Shown piece by piece: positions 37,184-46,530 of a DNA stretch of 64,000 nt. Under the pieces are notes generated by a model. It had not been told where the DNA came from and searched no databases. It saw only the letters and a list, made by a program, of their open reading frames with translations. The position numbers and the translations under genes were made by a program. Numbering within the stretch: position 1 is the stretch's first letter; every line of letters begins with the position of its first letter. This stretch comes from Candidatus Sericytochromatia bacterium (GTDB lineage Bacteria; Cyanobacteriota; Sericytochromatia; S15B-MN24; UBA4093): positions 21,367 to 85,366 of the forward strand of contig JAKFCW010000021.1 of NCBI GenBank assembly GCA_036676455.1, given 5' to 3'.

Positions 37184-38389
37184 GTGTCACGTAAGCCGCT
37201 CTTCGTTCTTTTCATCGCGATCTTCACCGTGATGATGGGCTTCGGCGTGGTCATCCCCGCCATGCCCTACTACGCCCGCACCCTGCATGGCGATGCCGTC
37301 TTCATCGGGGCCATGATGGCCTCGTACTCGCTCGCGCAGTTCCTAGTGGCCCCCTTCTGGGGACGCCTCTCGGATCGCTACGGCCGCAAGCCGTTCCTGA
37401 TCCTCGGACTGGTCGGGTTCGCCGTCTCGTTCCTCTGGTTCGGCCTCGCCAACAGCCTGCCCGGCCTCATGGCCGCCCGCACGCTGGGCGGCCTGCTCTC
37501 GGCGGCGGCGCTGCCGGCGGCCTTCGCCACCGTCTCCGACGTCACCACCGAGGAGAACCGGGCCAAGGGCATGGGCGTGGTCGGCGCCGCCATGGGACTC
37601 GGCATGGTCTTCGGGCCGGCCATCGGCGGATGGCTCGGGCATTACGGGCTCTCCACGCCGTTCTTCGTGGCCTCGGCGATCGCACTTCTGGCCGCCCTCC
37701 TCACCTTCGTGATGCTGCCCGAGTCGCTGCCCAAGCAGAACGCCGATAGCGCCGCGCCCGCCCGCGCCGGCTTCTTCCAGAACCTCAGGGAAACCCCGTC
37801 CGCGGCCTGGGGCCTCCTGGCGGTCACGTTCCTCTCCACCTTCGCCTTCGCCGGCTTCGAGACCGTCTTCGCGCTCTTCGTGCAGGACCGCCTCGTGCTC
37901 GACCCGCAATCGAGCGCCCACACCGTCGGCATGCTGCTCGCCGTCATGGGCCTGGTCTCGGCCCTGGTCCAGGGCGGCCTGGTCGGGCGCCTCATCAAGC
38001 AGACGGGGGAGCGCACGGTGCTCGCCTTGGGCCTCGGATTGATGGCCCTTACGATGATCTCGGTCAGCGCCACCTCCGCCTCGGCCTTCGCCTTCGCCTG
38101 CATCCTCGCTGTCATGGGCATCGCCCACGGCGTCATGCGGCCCGCCATCTCCTCGGGCATCTCCAAGGGAGCCGGCTCGGCCCAGGGATCGGCCCTTGGC
38201 ATGATGAGCTCCTTCGACAGCCTGGCCCGGGTGCTTGGGCCGCTGCTGGCCGGCGTCCTCTACGCCATGCAAGTCTCGCTGCCCTTCTACGCCTCGGCCC
38301 TGGCCCTCTTCGTCGGCGTCGCCGTCGTGCTCACGCTGGTGGCGCGCCCCAAGCCGCTGGCCGCCGCGCAACCCGAACCCGAAGCCTAA
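37184..38389 (+). CDS. MFS transporter (drug-efflux/TCR-like)
   Basis: 401 aa with about 12 TM helices and MFS motif A (GRLSDRYGRKP). GTG start. Confidence 0.85.
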   Translation: MSRKPLFVLFIAIFTVMMGFGVVIPAMPYYARTLHGDAVFIGAMMASYSLAQFLVAPFWGRLSDRYGRKPFLILGLVGFAVSFLWFGLANSLPGLMAARTLGGLLSAAALPAAFATVSDVTTEENRAKGMGVVGAAMGLGMVFGPAIGGWLGHYGLSTPFFVASAIALLAALLTFVMLPESLPKQNADSAAPARAGFFQNLRETPSAAWGLLAVTFLSTFAFAGFETVFALFVQDRLVLDPQSSAHTVGMLLAVMGLVSALVQGGLVGRLIKQTGERTVLALGLGLMALTMISVSATSASAFAFACILAVMGIAHGVMRPAISSGISKGAGSAQGSALGMMSSFDSLARVLGPLLAGVLYAMQVSLPFYASALALFVGVAVVLTLVARPKPLAAAQPEPEA

Positions 38390-38405
38390 GCCTGACACGC
38401 AACTC

Positions 38406-38442
38406 GCCTCCCCCTCCCGCCCGGGAGGGGGAGGCTTTTTCT
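38406..38442 (+). terminator. Rho-independent terminator after MFS gene
   Basis: 13-bp perfect stem gcctccccctccc / gggagggggaggc, 4-nt loop, then TTTTTCT. Confidence 0.8.
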
Positions 38443-38550
38443 CGCATCCCGAAAAAATACCGAAACAAACGTCGGGTAACGTGAAGCGAGGGCCCTCCCT
38501 CGCGCAGGCGACGGGATGGCCGCGTTCCGCATCACCACAGGCTCAGGCAC

Positions 38551-38579
38551 TTGACGCTGCTAACCGGCAATGCTACGTT
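38551..38579 (+). promoter_or_regulatory. Possible sigma70-type promoter for merR-efflux unit
   Basis: TTGACG (38551..38556), a 17-nt spacer, then TACGTT (38574..38579), 35 nt upstream of the merR ATG. Pattern match only. Confidence 0.3.
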
Positions 38580-38614
38580 GAGGAGTCTGAACTTCCACTT
38601 CAACTTCAGGTTCG

Positions 38615-39391
38615 ATGTCAGAGACTACTTACTCCATCGGCGAGGTCGTGCGCCTCCTCCATCCGGACTGCGAACTCACGGAGTCCACCCTGCGCTTCTG
38701 GGAGAAGATGGGCCTGATCGCGTCCCAGCGGACGCCCGGCGGCCATCGCGTCTTCACCCAGGACGATCTCCGGCGCATCCGGATCATCAAGAAGCTGCAA
38801 ACGCAGCGCGACATGCCGCTGGAGAAGATCCGCCGGCTCTGCCAGTCGGTCCCTTCCACCGACGAGCTGGAGGCGATCGCCGAGTTCAACGAGCACTTCT
38901 ACCGCCCCCTGCGCTACGACCCCGATTTCGAGCCGCTCACCCGCAGCGAGCTCGCCGCGCGCACCGGCATCGCCCCCCAGACCCTGCAGGCCCTGCAAGA
39001 GGCCGGCGCCCTGCGGCCCGTGTCGCGCTCCGGCCCGAGCGATCCTGCCGCTCGGGCCGAAGATCCCCACTTCGACGAGGATGGCCTGCGGGTCGCCGAG
39101 ATCTACCACGAGCTCTCCTTGTACGGGATCGAGCCGGGGGATTTCCGCGAGACCTGCGAGCTGACCACGCGCCTGATCGAGCTGCAGTACCGCTACTACT
39201 TAGAGAAGCTCTACCCCCGGATTCCTCCTCAGCAGCAAGGCTCGAAGGTCAAGCTACTCAGCGAACTGGGCCAGGAGCTTTTCCGCATCATCTACCACCA
39301 GACCTACCTCGCCGTGGGCGACCGCCTTGCGCGCGACGGAGCGTTCGAAACGGCAGAAGCCACCCATACCGAGAAAGCGAAGAACTCATGA
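38615..39391 (+). CDS. MerR-family transcriptional regulator with long uncharacterised C-terminal domain
   Basis: N-terminal HTH YSIGEVVRLLHPDCELTESTLRFWEKMGLIASQRTPGGHRVFTQDDLRRIRIIKKLQ. About 190 further residues follow without a motif I recognise. Confidence 0.8.
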   Translation: MSETTYSIGEVVRLLHPDCELTESTLRFWEKMGLIASQRTPGGHRVFTQDDLRRIRIIKKLQTQRDMPLEKIRRLCQSVPSTDELEAIAEFNEHFYRPLRYDPDFEPLTRSELAARTGIAPQTLQALQEAGALRPVSRSGPSDPAARAEDPHFDEDGLRVAEIYHELSLYGIEPGDFRETCELTTRLIELQYRYYLEKLYPRIPPQQQGSKVKLLSELGQELFRIIYHQTYLAVGDRLARDGAFETAEATHTEKAKNS

Positions 39392-39774
39392 AACGCATTG
39401 CACCGTTCCTTCTCGCGGGATCCCTCGTCTCCGCCGGGCTCCTGGCAGGCTGCGACTCCCAGGCCTCGCTGATCGCCAACCCCGCCACCGCCGGCAAGGT
39501 TCCGACGGTCCCCGCCTCCGTGGTGACCTCGGGCACGACCATGCTGCTCAACATCCAGGAGGCCAACCTGACCCCGGAGATGAAGGCCGCCGGTAGCCTC
39601 AAGATCCTCTTCGGACAGGCCCCGATCCCCATGGCGAAGGCCACCGCCCCCGCCACCGGCCTGGTCGCGCCCATCCCCCAGACGGGCGGCTTCGACCCGG
39701 ACCTGAGCGGCAAGCAGCGCTTCACCTTCATCCTCGACCGGAACAAGACCCAAGTGGTCGATGTCCAGCTCTAG
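39388..39774 (+). CDS. Small lipoprotein, unknown function
   Basis: 128 aa from MKRIAPFLLAGSLVSAGLLAGC (lipobox). The ATG overlaps the merR stop (ATGA). Confidence 0.6.
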   Translation: MKRIAPFLLAGSLVSAGLLAGCDSQASLIANPATAGKVPTVPASVVTSGTTMLLNIQEANLTPEMKAAGSLKILFGQAPIPMAKATAPATGLVAPIPQTGGFDPDLSGKQRFTFILDRNKTQVVDVQL

Positions 39775-39801
39775 CGCGGACGCAGTAAGGATAGAGTAAC
39801 C

Positions 39802-40833
39802 ATGCATCTCAACCGCCATCTCCCCGCCGCCCTCATCCTCACGGTGCTCGCCACCCCCATCCTGCTCCAGGCCCCTGCGGAGGCCCAGACCAAGGTCACC
39901 GGTCGCATCGTCGGTGAGAAGGGCCAGGCCCTCTCGAAGGTCTTCGTCCAGCAGCAAGGCTCGCTGGCCACCGCCTTCACCGACGATCAGGGCCGCTTCA
40001 CCCTCTCGCTGGACGCCAACGGCCAGCGCTCGATCGAGATCAGCGCCGTCGGCTACCAGTCCAAGGTCGTCGCCGTCGACGGTCTCGCCGCGCGCCCGGT
40101 CAAGCTCGACCCGATCCCCACCTACCAGCCGACCTACGCGCCGGTCCTGCCCTCGCGCGTCGCCCCCAGCATTCCACCGCTGGACACCCAGGTGGGCCTC
40201 TCCTACCAGCTCCACAACCCCCGCCTCACTCAGGGCGGCCAGGCCGTCGAGGGCTGGGTGGACAACGCGCTCGCCGGCCACGGCCAGCTGCGCCGCGGCG
40301 ACGTCCTCGTCGGCCTGGAAGCGTCGCGCTACAAGGCCCCCATGGACCTGCCCAACACCCCCACCACCGCGTCGGTCGCCACCCCCGAGGTGACGGAGGT
40401 CAAGATCCGCGGCGGCATGGCCTTCGGCAACGCCACCTGGGAAGTCGGCCCCTCCCTCTCGGTCTTCCAGACCAACGTCACGCCCAACAACAACGGCGTG
40501 CCCTACTCCGGCACCCTCATGGACTACACCCACACCCGCCGGGGCATCGGCCTCGCCGTGCCGGCCATCTTCACCCTGGGCCGCGTCGAGCTGCTGGGAG
40601 AAGGCGCGTATTATCCCTGGACCAGCACGACCCTGGAAGGCGCCCCGGCCCCCATCACCTCCGGCCAGCGCGCCGACCTGAAACTGGGCGTAGGCTACCG
40701 CGTGATGCCCACCCTCCGCGCGGAGCTGACCTTCACCAACCAGCTGTGGCGCCGCGGCGACTTCCGCGAGGACACCACCATCTGGGGCCTGGGCGTCACC
40801 TACCGTCCCGAGCGCACGGAGGAAGGGAAATGA
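39802..40833 (+). CDS. Outer-membrane-type protein: signal peptide, carboxypeptidase-regulatory-like domain, predicted beta-rich C-terminal domain
   Basis: Signal peptide ending APAEAQ. CarboxypepD_reg-like stretch VTGRIVGEKGQALSKVFVQQQGSLATAFTDDQGRFTLSL ... IEISAVGYQSKVV. The C-terminal half shows an alternating-hydrophobic strand pattern. Confidence 0.55.
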   Translation: MHLNRHLPAALILTVLATPILLQAPAEAQTKVTGRIVGEKGQALSKVFVQQQGSLATAFTDDQGRFTLSLDANGQRSIEISAVGYQSKVVAVDGLAARPVKLDPIPTYQPTYAPVLPSRVAPSIPPLDTQVGLSYQLHNPRLTQGGQAVEGWVDNALAGHGQLRRGDVLVGLEASRYKAPMDLPNTPTTASVATPEVTEVKIRGGMAFGNATWEVGPSLSVFQTNVTPNNNGVPYSGTLMDYTHTRRGIGLAVPAIFTLGRVELLGEGAYYPWTSTTLEGAPAPITSGQRADLKLGVGYRVMPTLRAELTFTNQLWRRGDFREDTTIWGLGVTYRPERTEEGK

Positions 40834-42236
40834 GCCGGCGGATCCTCATCTCGGGCCTCACGGCCCTCAGTCTGAGCCCGCTCGGAGTCATGCTCGCCCC
40901 CGCCCTGCCAGCCGCGGCCCAGGTGGGCGATCGCCTGACCTTCAGTGAGGCCCTTACGATCGCCGAGCGCAACGCGCCCACGGTCCGCTCCGCCCAGGCC
41001 GGCCTCGAAGGGGCCGAAGCCCGCGTCAGCGAGGTCACGGGCGGCGCCTTCCCGCAGCTCAGCCTCAGCGCCAACGCCTTCAACTTCAACATGCTCGGCT
41101 CCGGCGCGAGCGCCGGCCTGGGCCTGGGCGGCTTTGGGGGCATGGGCGGCCTCGGAGGCCTCGGGGGCCTCGGAGGCCTGAGCAGCCTGAGCATGATGGG
41201 CGGCGCGGGGGGAGGCAGCATCTCCACCCAGGTGCAGCTCAGCGCCAACCAGGTCCTGTTCGACGCCTTCCGGACCCAGGACGGCCTCAAGATCGCCGAC
41301 TCCACCCGGGATCTGGCCCGCCTCGAGATCGTCAACGCCAAGCGCCGCGCCCAGTTCGAGGCGGCCAACGCCTACCTGGGAGTGCTGCGCTCAGAGAGCC
41401 TGCTGGAGGTTTCCCGCGTGGCCCTCGTTCAGTCCCGCGCCCACGTCGAGCAGGCGCAGCTGCGCGAGCGCAGCGGCGTCGGCACCCGCTTCGAGGTCCT
41501 GCAGGCGCAGACCCAGCTCGCCAACACCCAGGGGCAGTTCTCGCAGGCGCAGAACCGCGTCGAGCTGGCCCGCCTCGCGCTCGGCACCGCCCTGGGCGTC
41601 TCGGCCATGAACGCGCAGCTGGATTCCAGCCTGCCCCTGCCCCAGGCGCAGGTGAGCGCCAGCAGCTACGAGTCGGCGATCGCCAACCGCCTGGAAGTCC
41701 TGCAGGTCGGCTTGAAGCATGAGATGGACGAGACCGCCGTGACGCTGCAGAGCCGGGCCTACCTGCCCACCGTGGCGGGTATCGGCATGCTCTCGTACCA
41801 GCCGGGCTCGACGAGCTACTACCTCCTGGGCGCCTCGGTGAGCTGGACGCTGTTGAACGGCAACCAGACCGAGGCCAAGATCGCGCAGGCCAAGTCCGAG
41901 GTGGCCAAGGACCAGGCCCAGCTGGAGTCGGTGCGCCGCCAGGTGGCCCTCGACATCCAGAACGCCCTCTCGGCGCGCTCCGAGGCCGTCGACCGGGTGG
42001 CGATCGCCCAGCAGGGCGTCGCTGCTGCGGCGGAAGGCTACCGTCTCGCCCAGGTCCGGTTCCAGGCCGGCATGGGCACCGGGCTCGAAGTAATCGACGC
42101 CCAGACCTCCCTTGCCCAGGCGCAGAGTAATCTCGTCCAGGCTCAGTATGATGTTCAAGCCGCGGAGTTGCGGGTGACTCAGGCCCTCGGTCTGGAGCTC
42201 CAAACCGTGTTAGCCAAGAAAGGAAGCGAGTCGTGA
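40830..42236 (+). CDS. TolC-family outer membrane efflux protein with Gly-rich loop insertion
   Basis: 468 aa from MSRRILISG, with the ATG overlapping the upstream stop. It has two OEP-type coiled-coil repeats (LTFSEALTIAERNAPTVRSAQAGLEGAEARV ... LVQAQYDVQAAELRVTQALG). Confidence 0.85.
   Translation: MSRRILISGLTALSLSPLGVMLAPALPAAAQVGDRLTFSEALTIAERNAPTVRSAQAGLEGAEARVSEVTGGAFPQLSLSANAFNFNMLGSGASAGLGLGGFGGMGGLGGLGGLGGLSSLSMMGGAGGGSISTQVQLSANQVLFDAFRTQDGLKIADSTRDLARLEIVNAKRRAQFEAANAYLGVLRSESLLEVSRVALVQSRAHVEQAQLRERSGVGTRFEVLQAQTQLANTQGQFSQAQNRVELARLALGTALGVSAMNAQLDSSLPLPQAQVSASSYESAIANRLEVLQVGLKHEMDETAVTLQSRAYLPTVAGIGMLSYQPGSTSYYLLGASVSWTLLNGNQTEAKIAQAKSEVAKDQAQLESVRRQVALDIQNALSARSEAVDRVAIAQQGVAAAAEGYRLAQVRFQAGMGTGLEVIDAQTSLAQAQSNLVQAQYDVQAAELRVTQALGLELQTVLAKKGSES
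41148..41192 (+). repeat. Five tandem 9-bp units inside the TolC Gly-rich loop
   Basis: ggcctcgga ggcctcggg ggcctcgga ggcctgagc agcctgagc, encoding GLGGLGGLGGLSSLS. Confidence 0.85.
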
Positions 42237-43306
42237 AGCGTGTCGCTTGGGGTCTCGTCCCGATGCTGGTGATCGGCATGGCCGGTTGCCAGAAGGGAGA
42301 ACCCAAAAATACGGACGCCCCCAAGGCGCAGGGGCAGGGCATCTCCGTCGCCGTCGCAACGGCCGAGCAGGGTGAGATCGCCCGCCCGCTGGTGGTAGAG
42401 GGCACCGTGGCCGCCCGCTCCGAGGTCAAGATCCTGCCCAAGATGACCGGGCGCCTGCTCGAGGTCCTCGTGGACGAAGGCTCCGCCGTCAAGGCGGGCC
42501 AGAAGCTCGCCATGATCGAGAGCCCCGAGCTGGAGTGGCAGATGCAGCAGCAGAAGGCCTCCTTGCTGACCGCCCAGGCGAACCTCTCGAACGCCCAGAG
42601 CAACCTGGACCGCATGCGCATGCTGGTCGACCAGGGCGCGGTCTCGCAGCAGCAGTACGAGGGAGCCCTGACGCAGCTCAAGGTCTCCGAGGCCCAGGTC
42701 AAGCAGATCAAGGCCGCCATCCGGCTGATCGAGACCCAGAGCTCCAACGCCACGATCACGTCGCCCATCACGGGCATCGTGATCGACCGCTCCGCCGAGA
42801 TCGGCGTCATGGCCATGCCCTCCAGCCCCCTGTTCACCATCGCCGAGGCCGGCCCGCTGGAAGTCCAGGTCAACGTCCCCGAGCAGGAGATGGCCCACCT
42901 CAAGGTCGGAGCCAGCGTCAAGGTCGCCTCCGCGGCCTTCCCCGGCGAGACCTTCGCCGGCAAGATCCGCGAGGTCAGCCCCTCGGTCGATCCGCAGACC
43001 CGCCAGATCAAGGCCAAGATCGACCTCGGCAAGGGCGGCCCCCTCAAGGTCGGCATGTTCGTCAGCGGCACCATCCAGACCCAGAGCCGCAAGAGCCTGC
43101 TCGTGCCCACCGCCGCGATCCAGAACGACGGCATCCAGGCGTTCGTCTACCTCGAGGAGAGCGGCAAGGCCAAGCGCGTCGACGTCCAGACCGGCATCCG
43201 CAACGGCGCGCAGGTCGAGGTCCTCGAAGGGCTCAGCGTCGGAGCGCCGATCGTGATCGAGGGGGGCGCCTTCCTGAAGGATGGCTCCGCCATCGTGCGG
43301 AGATAA
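42233..43306 (+). CDS. RND efflux periplasmic adaptor (MFP) lipoprotein
   Basis: Lipobox VIGMAGC, a coiled-coil hairpin region and a beta-barrel domain (ITSPITGIVIDRSAEIG). The start overlaps the tolC stop by 4 nt. Confidence 0.88.
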   Translation: MKRVAWGLVPMLVIGMAGCQKGEPKNTDAPKAQGQGISVAVATAEQGEIARPLVVEGTVAARSEVKILPKMTGRLLEVLVDEGSAVKAGQKLAMIESPELEWQMQQQKASLLTAQANLSNAQSNLDRMRMLVDQGAVSQQQYEGALTQLKVSEAQVKQIKAAIRLIETQSSNATITSPITGIVIDRSAEIGVMAMPSSPLFTIAEAGPLEVQVNVPEQEMAHLKVGASVKVASAAFPGETFAGKIREVSPSVDPQTRQIKAKIDLGKGGPLKVGMFVSGTIQTQSRKSLLVPTAAIQNDGIQAFVYLEESGKAKRVDVQTGIRNGAQVEVLEGLSVGAPIVIEGGAFLKDGSAIVRR

Positions 43307-43313
43307 TGAGACG

Positions 43314-46300
43314 ATGAACTTCTCCGAACTCTTCATTCGCCGGCCCGTCACCACCACCATGCTGATGACCCTCCTGGTCATCCTGGGGATGATGGGCTTC
43401 AGCAAGCTCCCCATGGACCTCTTCCCCGACGTGGACTTCCCGGTGGTCGTGGTCTCCACGGTCTACCCGGGCGCGGCCCCCGCCGAGGTCGAGGAGCTGC
43501 TGTCGAAGCCGATCGAGGAGGCCATCTCCTCGATCAACGGCCTCGACACGATCCACTCCTACTCCAACGAGGGAGTCTCGACCGTCGTCGCGCAGTTCGA
43601 CCTGGAGATCGACAACAAGGTCGCCTCGCAGGACGTCCGCGAGAAGGTCTCGATGATCCGCGGCAAGCTGCCCGAGGGCATCATCGAGCCGAGCATCCTC
43701 CTGTTCGACCCGGCCAGCGCCCCCATCGCGGCCTTCGCCATCAACGGCCCCCAGACCCCCATGGAACTCACCGACTACGTCGAGGACGTGCTCAAGCCCA
43801 AGCTCGAGCGCATCAACGGCGTCGGCTCGGTCGATCTCCTGGGATCGCGGGTCCGCGAGATCCACATCGACCTCGACCCGACCCGCCTCAAGACCTACGG
43901 GCTCTCCGTGGCGGGCCTCTACCAGACCCTAAAGGCCGACGGCATGAACCTGCCCGGCGGCCGCATTACCGAGCACGGCCAGGAGCTGTCGCTGCGCGCC
44001 ATGGGCAAGTTCCAGACCGTCTCCGACATCTCCAGCTTCCAGGTTGCCACTCCCTCTGGCGCGCGCGTGCGCATCGGCGACCTCGGCAAGGTCTGGCAGT
44101 CGATCGAGGATCCCCGCTCCCTGGGCTTCGTGAACAACCAGCCCGCGGTCATGTTCAACATCTTCAAGCAGTCCGGGGCGAACACCGTCGCGGTGGTCGA
44201 CGAGATCAAGAAGGAATTCAAGAAGCTCGAGGCCACCCTGCCCGCCGGCGCGTCCTTCACCACCGTCCAGGACTCGTCCAAGTTCATCAAGGAATCCAAC
44301 CACTCGGTCTGGGAACACCTGATCATCGGCGGCTTGCTGGCGGTCGCGATCCTCTTCGCCTTCCTGCGGAACTGGCGCGCCACCCTGATCGGCGGCATGG
44401 CCATCCCCATCTCGCTGGTCGCCACGTTCTGGGCGATGCAGTTCATGGGCTTCTCGTTCAACATGCTCACCACCCTGGCCCTGACCCTGGTGGTCGGCAT
44501 CGTGGTCGATGACGCGGTCGTCGACCTCGAGAACATCTACCGCCACATGGAAAAGGGCGAGCCGCCCCTGCGCGCCGCCATCAACGCCACCGGCGAGATC
44601 CAGCTGGCGGTCACCGCCTGTACCCTCACGATCGTGGCGGTCTTCGTGCCCGTCGCCTTCATGACGGGCATGATCGGCCAGTTCTTCAAGCAATTCGGCC
44701 TCACGGTCGCGTTCGCAGTCCTCTTCTCCCTGCTGGTCGCCCGGACCATCACCCCGATGATCTCGGCGCGCTTCCTCAAGGTCTCCAAGGGCAAGGGCGG
44801 CATGAGCGCGGACGCCGAGCACTCCTTCCCGCTCGCCAAGCCGTACCGCAAGGTCCTGGAGTGGTCGCTGAAGAACCGCTGGAAGGTCATGGGCATCGCC
44901 ACCGCCTCCTTCGTCTTCGGCATGGCCCTGGTCCCCTTCATCCCCAAGACCTTCATGACGTCGGCTGACCGCGGGGAATTCCACCTCAAGGTGCAGCTGC
45001 CCAAGGGCGCGACCCTGGAGGAGACCGGAGCGATGTCCAAGCGCGTCGTCGACGTGATCAAGCAGCACCCCGAGGTGGAGAACGTCTTCACCACCATCGG
45101 CGGCCGCGAGGAGATCGACTTCGCCTCCCTGGGCATCATCCTCGTGGACAAGGCCAAGCGCAACATCAAGGACACCGAGCTGGCCGAGAAGATCCGCAAC
45201 GAGGTCGGGGCCATCCCCGGCATCCGCGCCAAGGTCATGATCTCCGGCATGATCGGCGGCGCCAGCGAGATGAACACGCCCATCAACATCTCGCTGCGCG
45301 GCAGCGACCTCGAGGAGCTGCGCGTCTACGGAGAGAAGATGGCCGACCTGCTGCGCAGCCGGTCCGACCTCTTCGCCGACGTCGACACCTCGCTCGCTCT
45401 CAACCGTCCCGAGGTCCAGCTCCAGATCGACCGCGCCCGCGCGGCGGCCGAGGGAGTCTCCTCCGCCAATCTGGCCAACACCCTGCGCATCGCCACCACC
45501 GGCGAGGTCGTGGGCACCATGATCCAGGGAGATGACGAGCTGGACATCCGCCTGCAGGTCGCTCCCGACTCCCGCCAGAGCCTGACGTCGGTCAAGGCCC
45601 TCTCCGTGCCCGGCAACCGCGGCCTGGTCCCGGTCTCGGCCGTGGTCACCGAGCAGGTCGGCTCCGGCGTCTCGAGCATCCGGCGCGAGGACCGCGAGCG
45701 CGTGGTGAACGTGCTCTCCAACCTCATGCCCGGCGCCTCGACCGGCGAAGCCTTCGGCGTCGTCGAGAAGCTCAAGAAGGAACTCGCCCTGCCCGACAGC
45801 ATCGAGTTCGTCCAGGGCGGCGAGGCCGAGCAGATGCAGGAGGCCTTCACGGGTCTCCTGCAAGCCCTGGGGCTGGCCATCGTCTTCGTCTACATCATCC
45901 TGGCGGTCCAGTTCGAGAGCTTCATCCACCCGTTCACCATCATGTTCTCGCTGCCCCTGTCCATCGCCGGCGCGTTCCTCGCGCTGCTGCTGACCCAGTC
46001 GGAACTTGGCATGATGGCCATGATCGGCGTGATCATGCTGATGGGTATCGTCACCAAGAACGCCATCTTGGTGGTCGACTTCACCCTCCAGTTGAAAGAT
46101 CAGGGCTACGGCACCCTGGAAGCCCTGCTCGAGGCCGCTCCGGTCCGACTGCGGCCGATCCTCATGACCACCGCCGCGATGGTCATGGGCATGCTGCCGA
46201 TGGCGGCGGGCATCGGCGCGGGCGCCGAGTTCCGCTACCCCATGGCCGTGGTCGTGGTCGGAGGTCTCATCACCTCGACCCTGCTCACGCTGATCGTGGT

Positions 46301-46418
46301 TCCGGTGGGCTTCTCGCTCATGGACGACTTCCAGACCTGGTACCGCAGGAAGTTCTTCCACAGCGAAGGCCCCAAGACCCGCACCGCGCAGGTCGAAGCC
46401 GTCGAAGCCTCGGCCTAG
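43314..46418 (+). CDS. RND (AcrB/HAE1-like) efflux permease
   Basis: 1034 aa from MNFSELFIRRPVTTTMLM, with 12 TM helices and two large periplasmic loops. Confidence 0.93.
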   Translation: MNFSELFIRRPVTTTMLMTLLVILGMMGFSKLPMDLFPDVDFPVVVVSTVYPGAAPAEVEELLSKPIEEAISSINGLDTIHSYSNEGVSTVVAQFDLEIDNKVASQDVREKVSMIRGKLPEGIIEPSILLFDPASAPIAAFAINGPQTPMELTDYVEDVLKPKLERINGVGSVDLLGSRVREIHIDLDPTRLKTYGLSVAGLYQTLKADGMNLPGGRITEHGQELSLRAMGKFQTVSDISSFQVATPSGARVRIGDLGKVWQSIEDPRSLGFVNNQPAVMFNIFKQSGANTVAVVDEIKKEFKKLEATLPAGASFTTVQDSSKFIKESNHSVWEHLIIGGLLAVAILFAFLRNWRATLIGGMAIPISLVATFWAMQFMGFSFNMLTTLALTLVVGIVVDDAVVDLENIYRHMEKGEPPLRAAINATGEIQLAVTACTLTIVAVFVPVAFMTGMIGQFFKQFGLTVAFAVLFSLLVARTITPMISARFLKVSKGKGGMSADAEHSFPLAKPYRKVLEWSLKNRWKVMGIATASFVFGMALVPFIPKTFMTSADRGEFHLKVQLPKGATLEETGAMSKRVVDVIKQHPEVENVFTTIGGREEIDFASLGIILVDKAKRNIKDTELAEKIRNEVGAIPGIRAKVMISGMIGGASEMNTPINISLRGSDLEELRVYGEKMADLLRSRSDLFADVDTSLALNRPEVQLQIDRARAAAEGVSSANLANTLRIATTGEVVGTMIQGDDELDIRLQVAPDSRQSLTSVKALSVPGNRGLVPVSAVVTEQVGSGVSSIRREDRERVVNVLSNLMPGASTGEAFGVVEKLKKELALPDSIEFVQGGEAEQMQEAFTGLLQALGLAIVFVYIILAVQFESFIHPFTIMFSLPLSIAGAFLALLLTQSELGMMAMIGVIMLMGIVTKNAILVVDFTLQLKDQGYGTLEALLEAAPVRLRPILMTTAAMVMGMLPMAAGIGAGAEFRYPMAVVVVGGLITSTLLTLIVVPVGFSLMDDFQTWYRRKFFHSEGPKTRTAQVEAVEASA

Positions 46419-46434
46419 TCGGAAACCCATCAAC

Positions 46435-46474
46435 GGGGCTGTCTCACACGCGTGAGGCAGCCCCGTTTTCTTTC
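46435..46474 (+). terminator. Rho-independent terminator after RND gene
   Basis: 13-bp stem ggggctgtctcac / gtgaggcagcccc (one G-U pair), loop acgc, then GTTTTCTTTC. Confidence 0.75.
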
Positions 46475-46530
46475 GTCACTCCCGATTTCCCCGTCACTCC
46501 CCCATTTCCCCGTCACTCCCCCATTTCCCC
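46475..46530. repeat. Three tandem 18-19 bp repeats (gtcactccc[cc/g]atttcccc) leading into the REP-like element
   Basis: gtcactcccgatttcccc, gtcactcccccatttcccc, gtcactcccccatttcccc. Each begins with the same gtcactccc as the REP-like element. Confidence 0.9.

Noticed and set aside
46475-46530. Possible CRISPR array, suggested by the short direct repeats after the RND gene.
   Set aside because: The units are 18-19 bp, directly abutting with no spacers, and there are only three copies. They merge into the REP-like hairpin element. No cas genes are present in the window.
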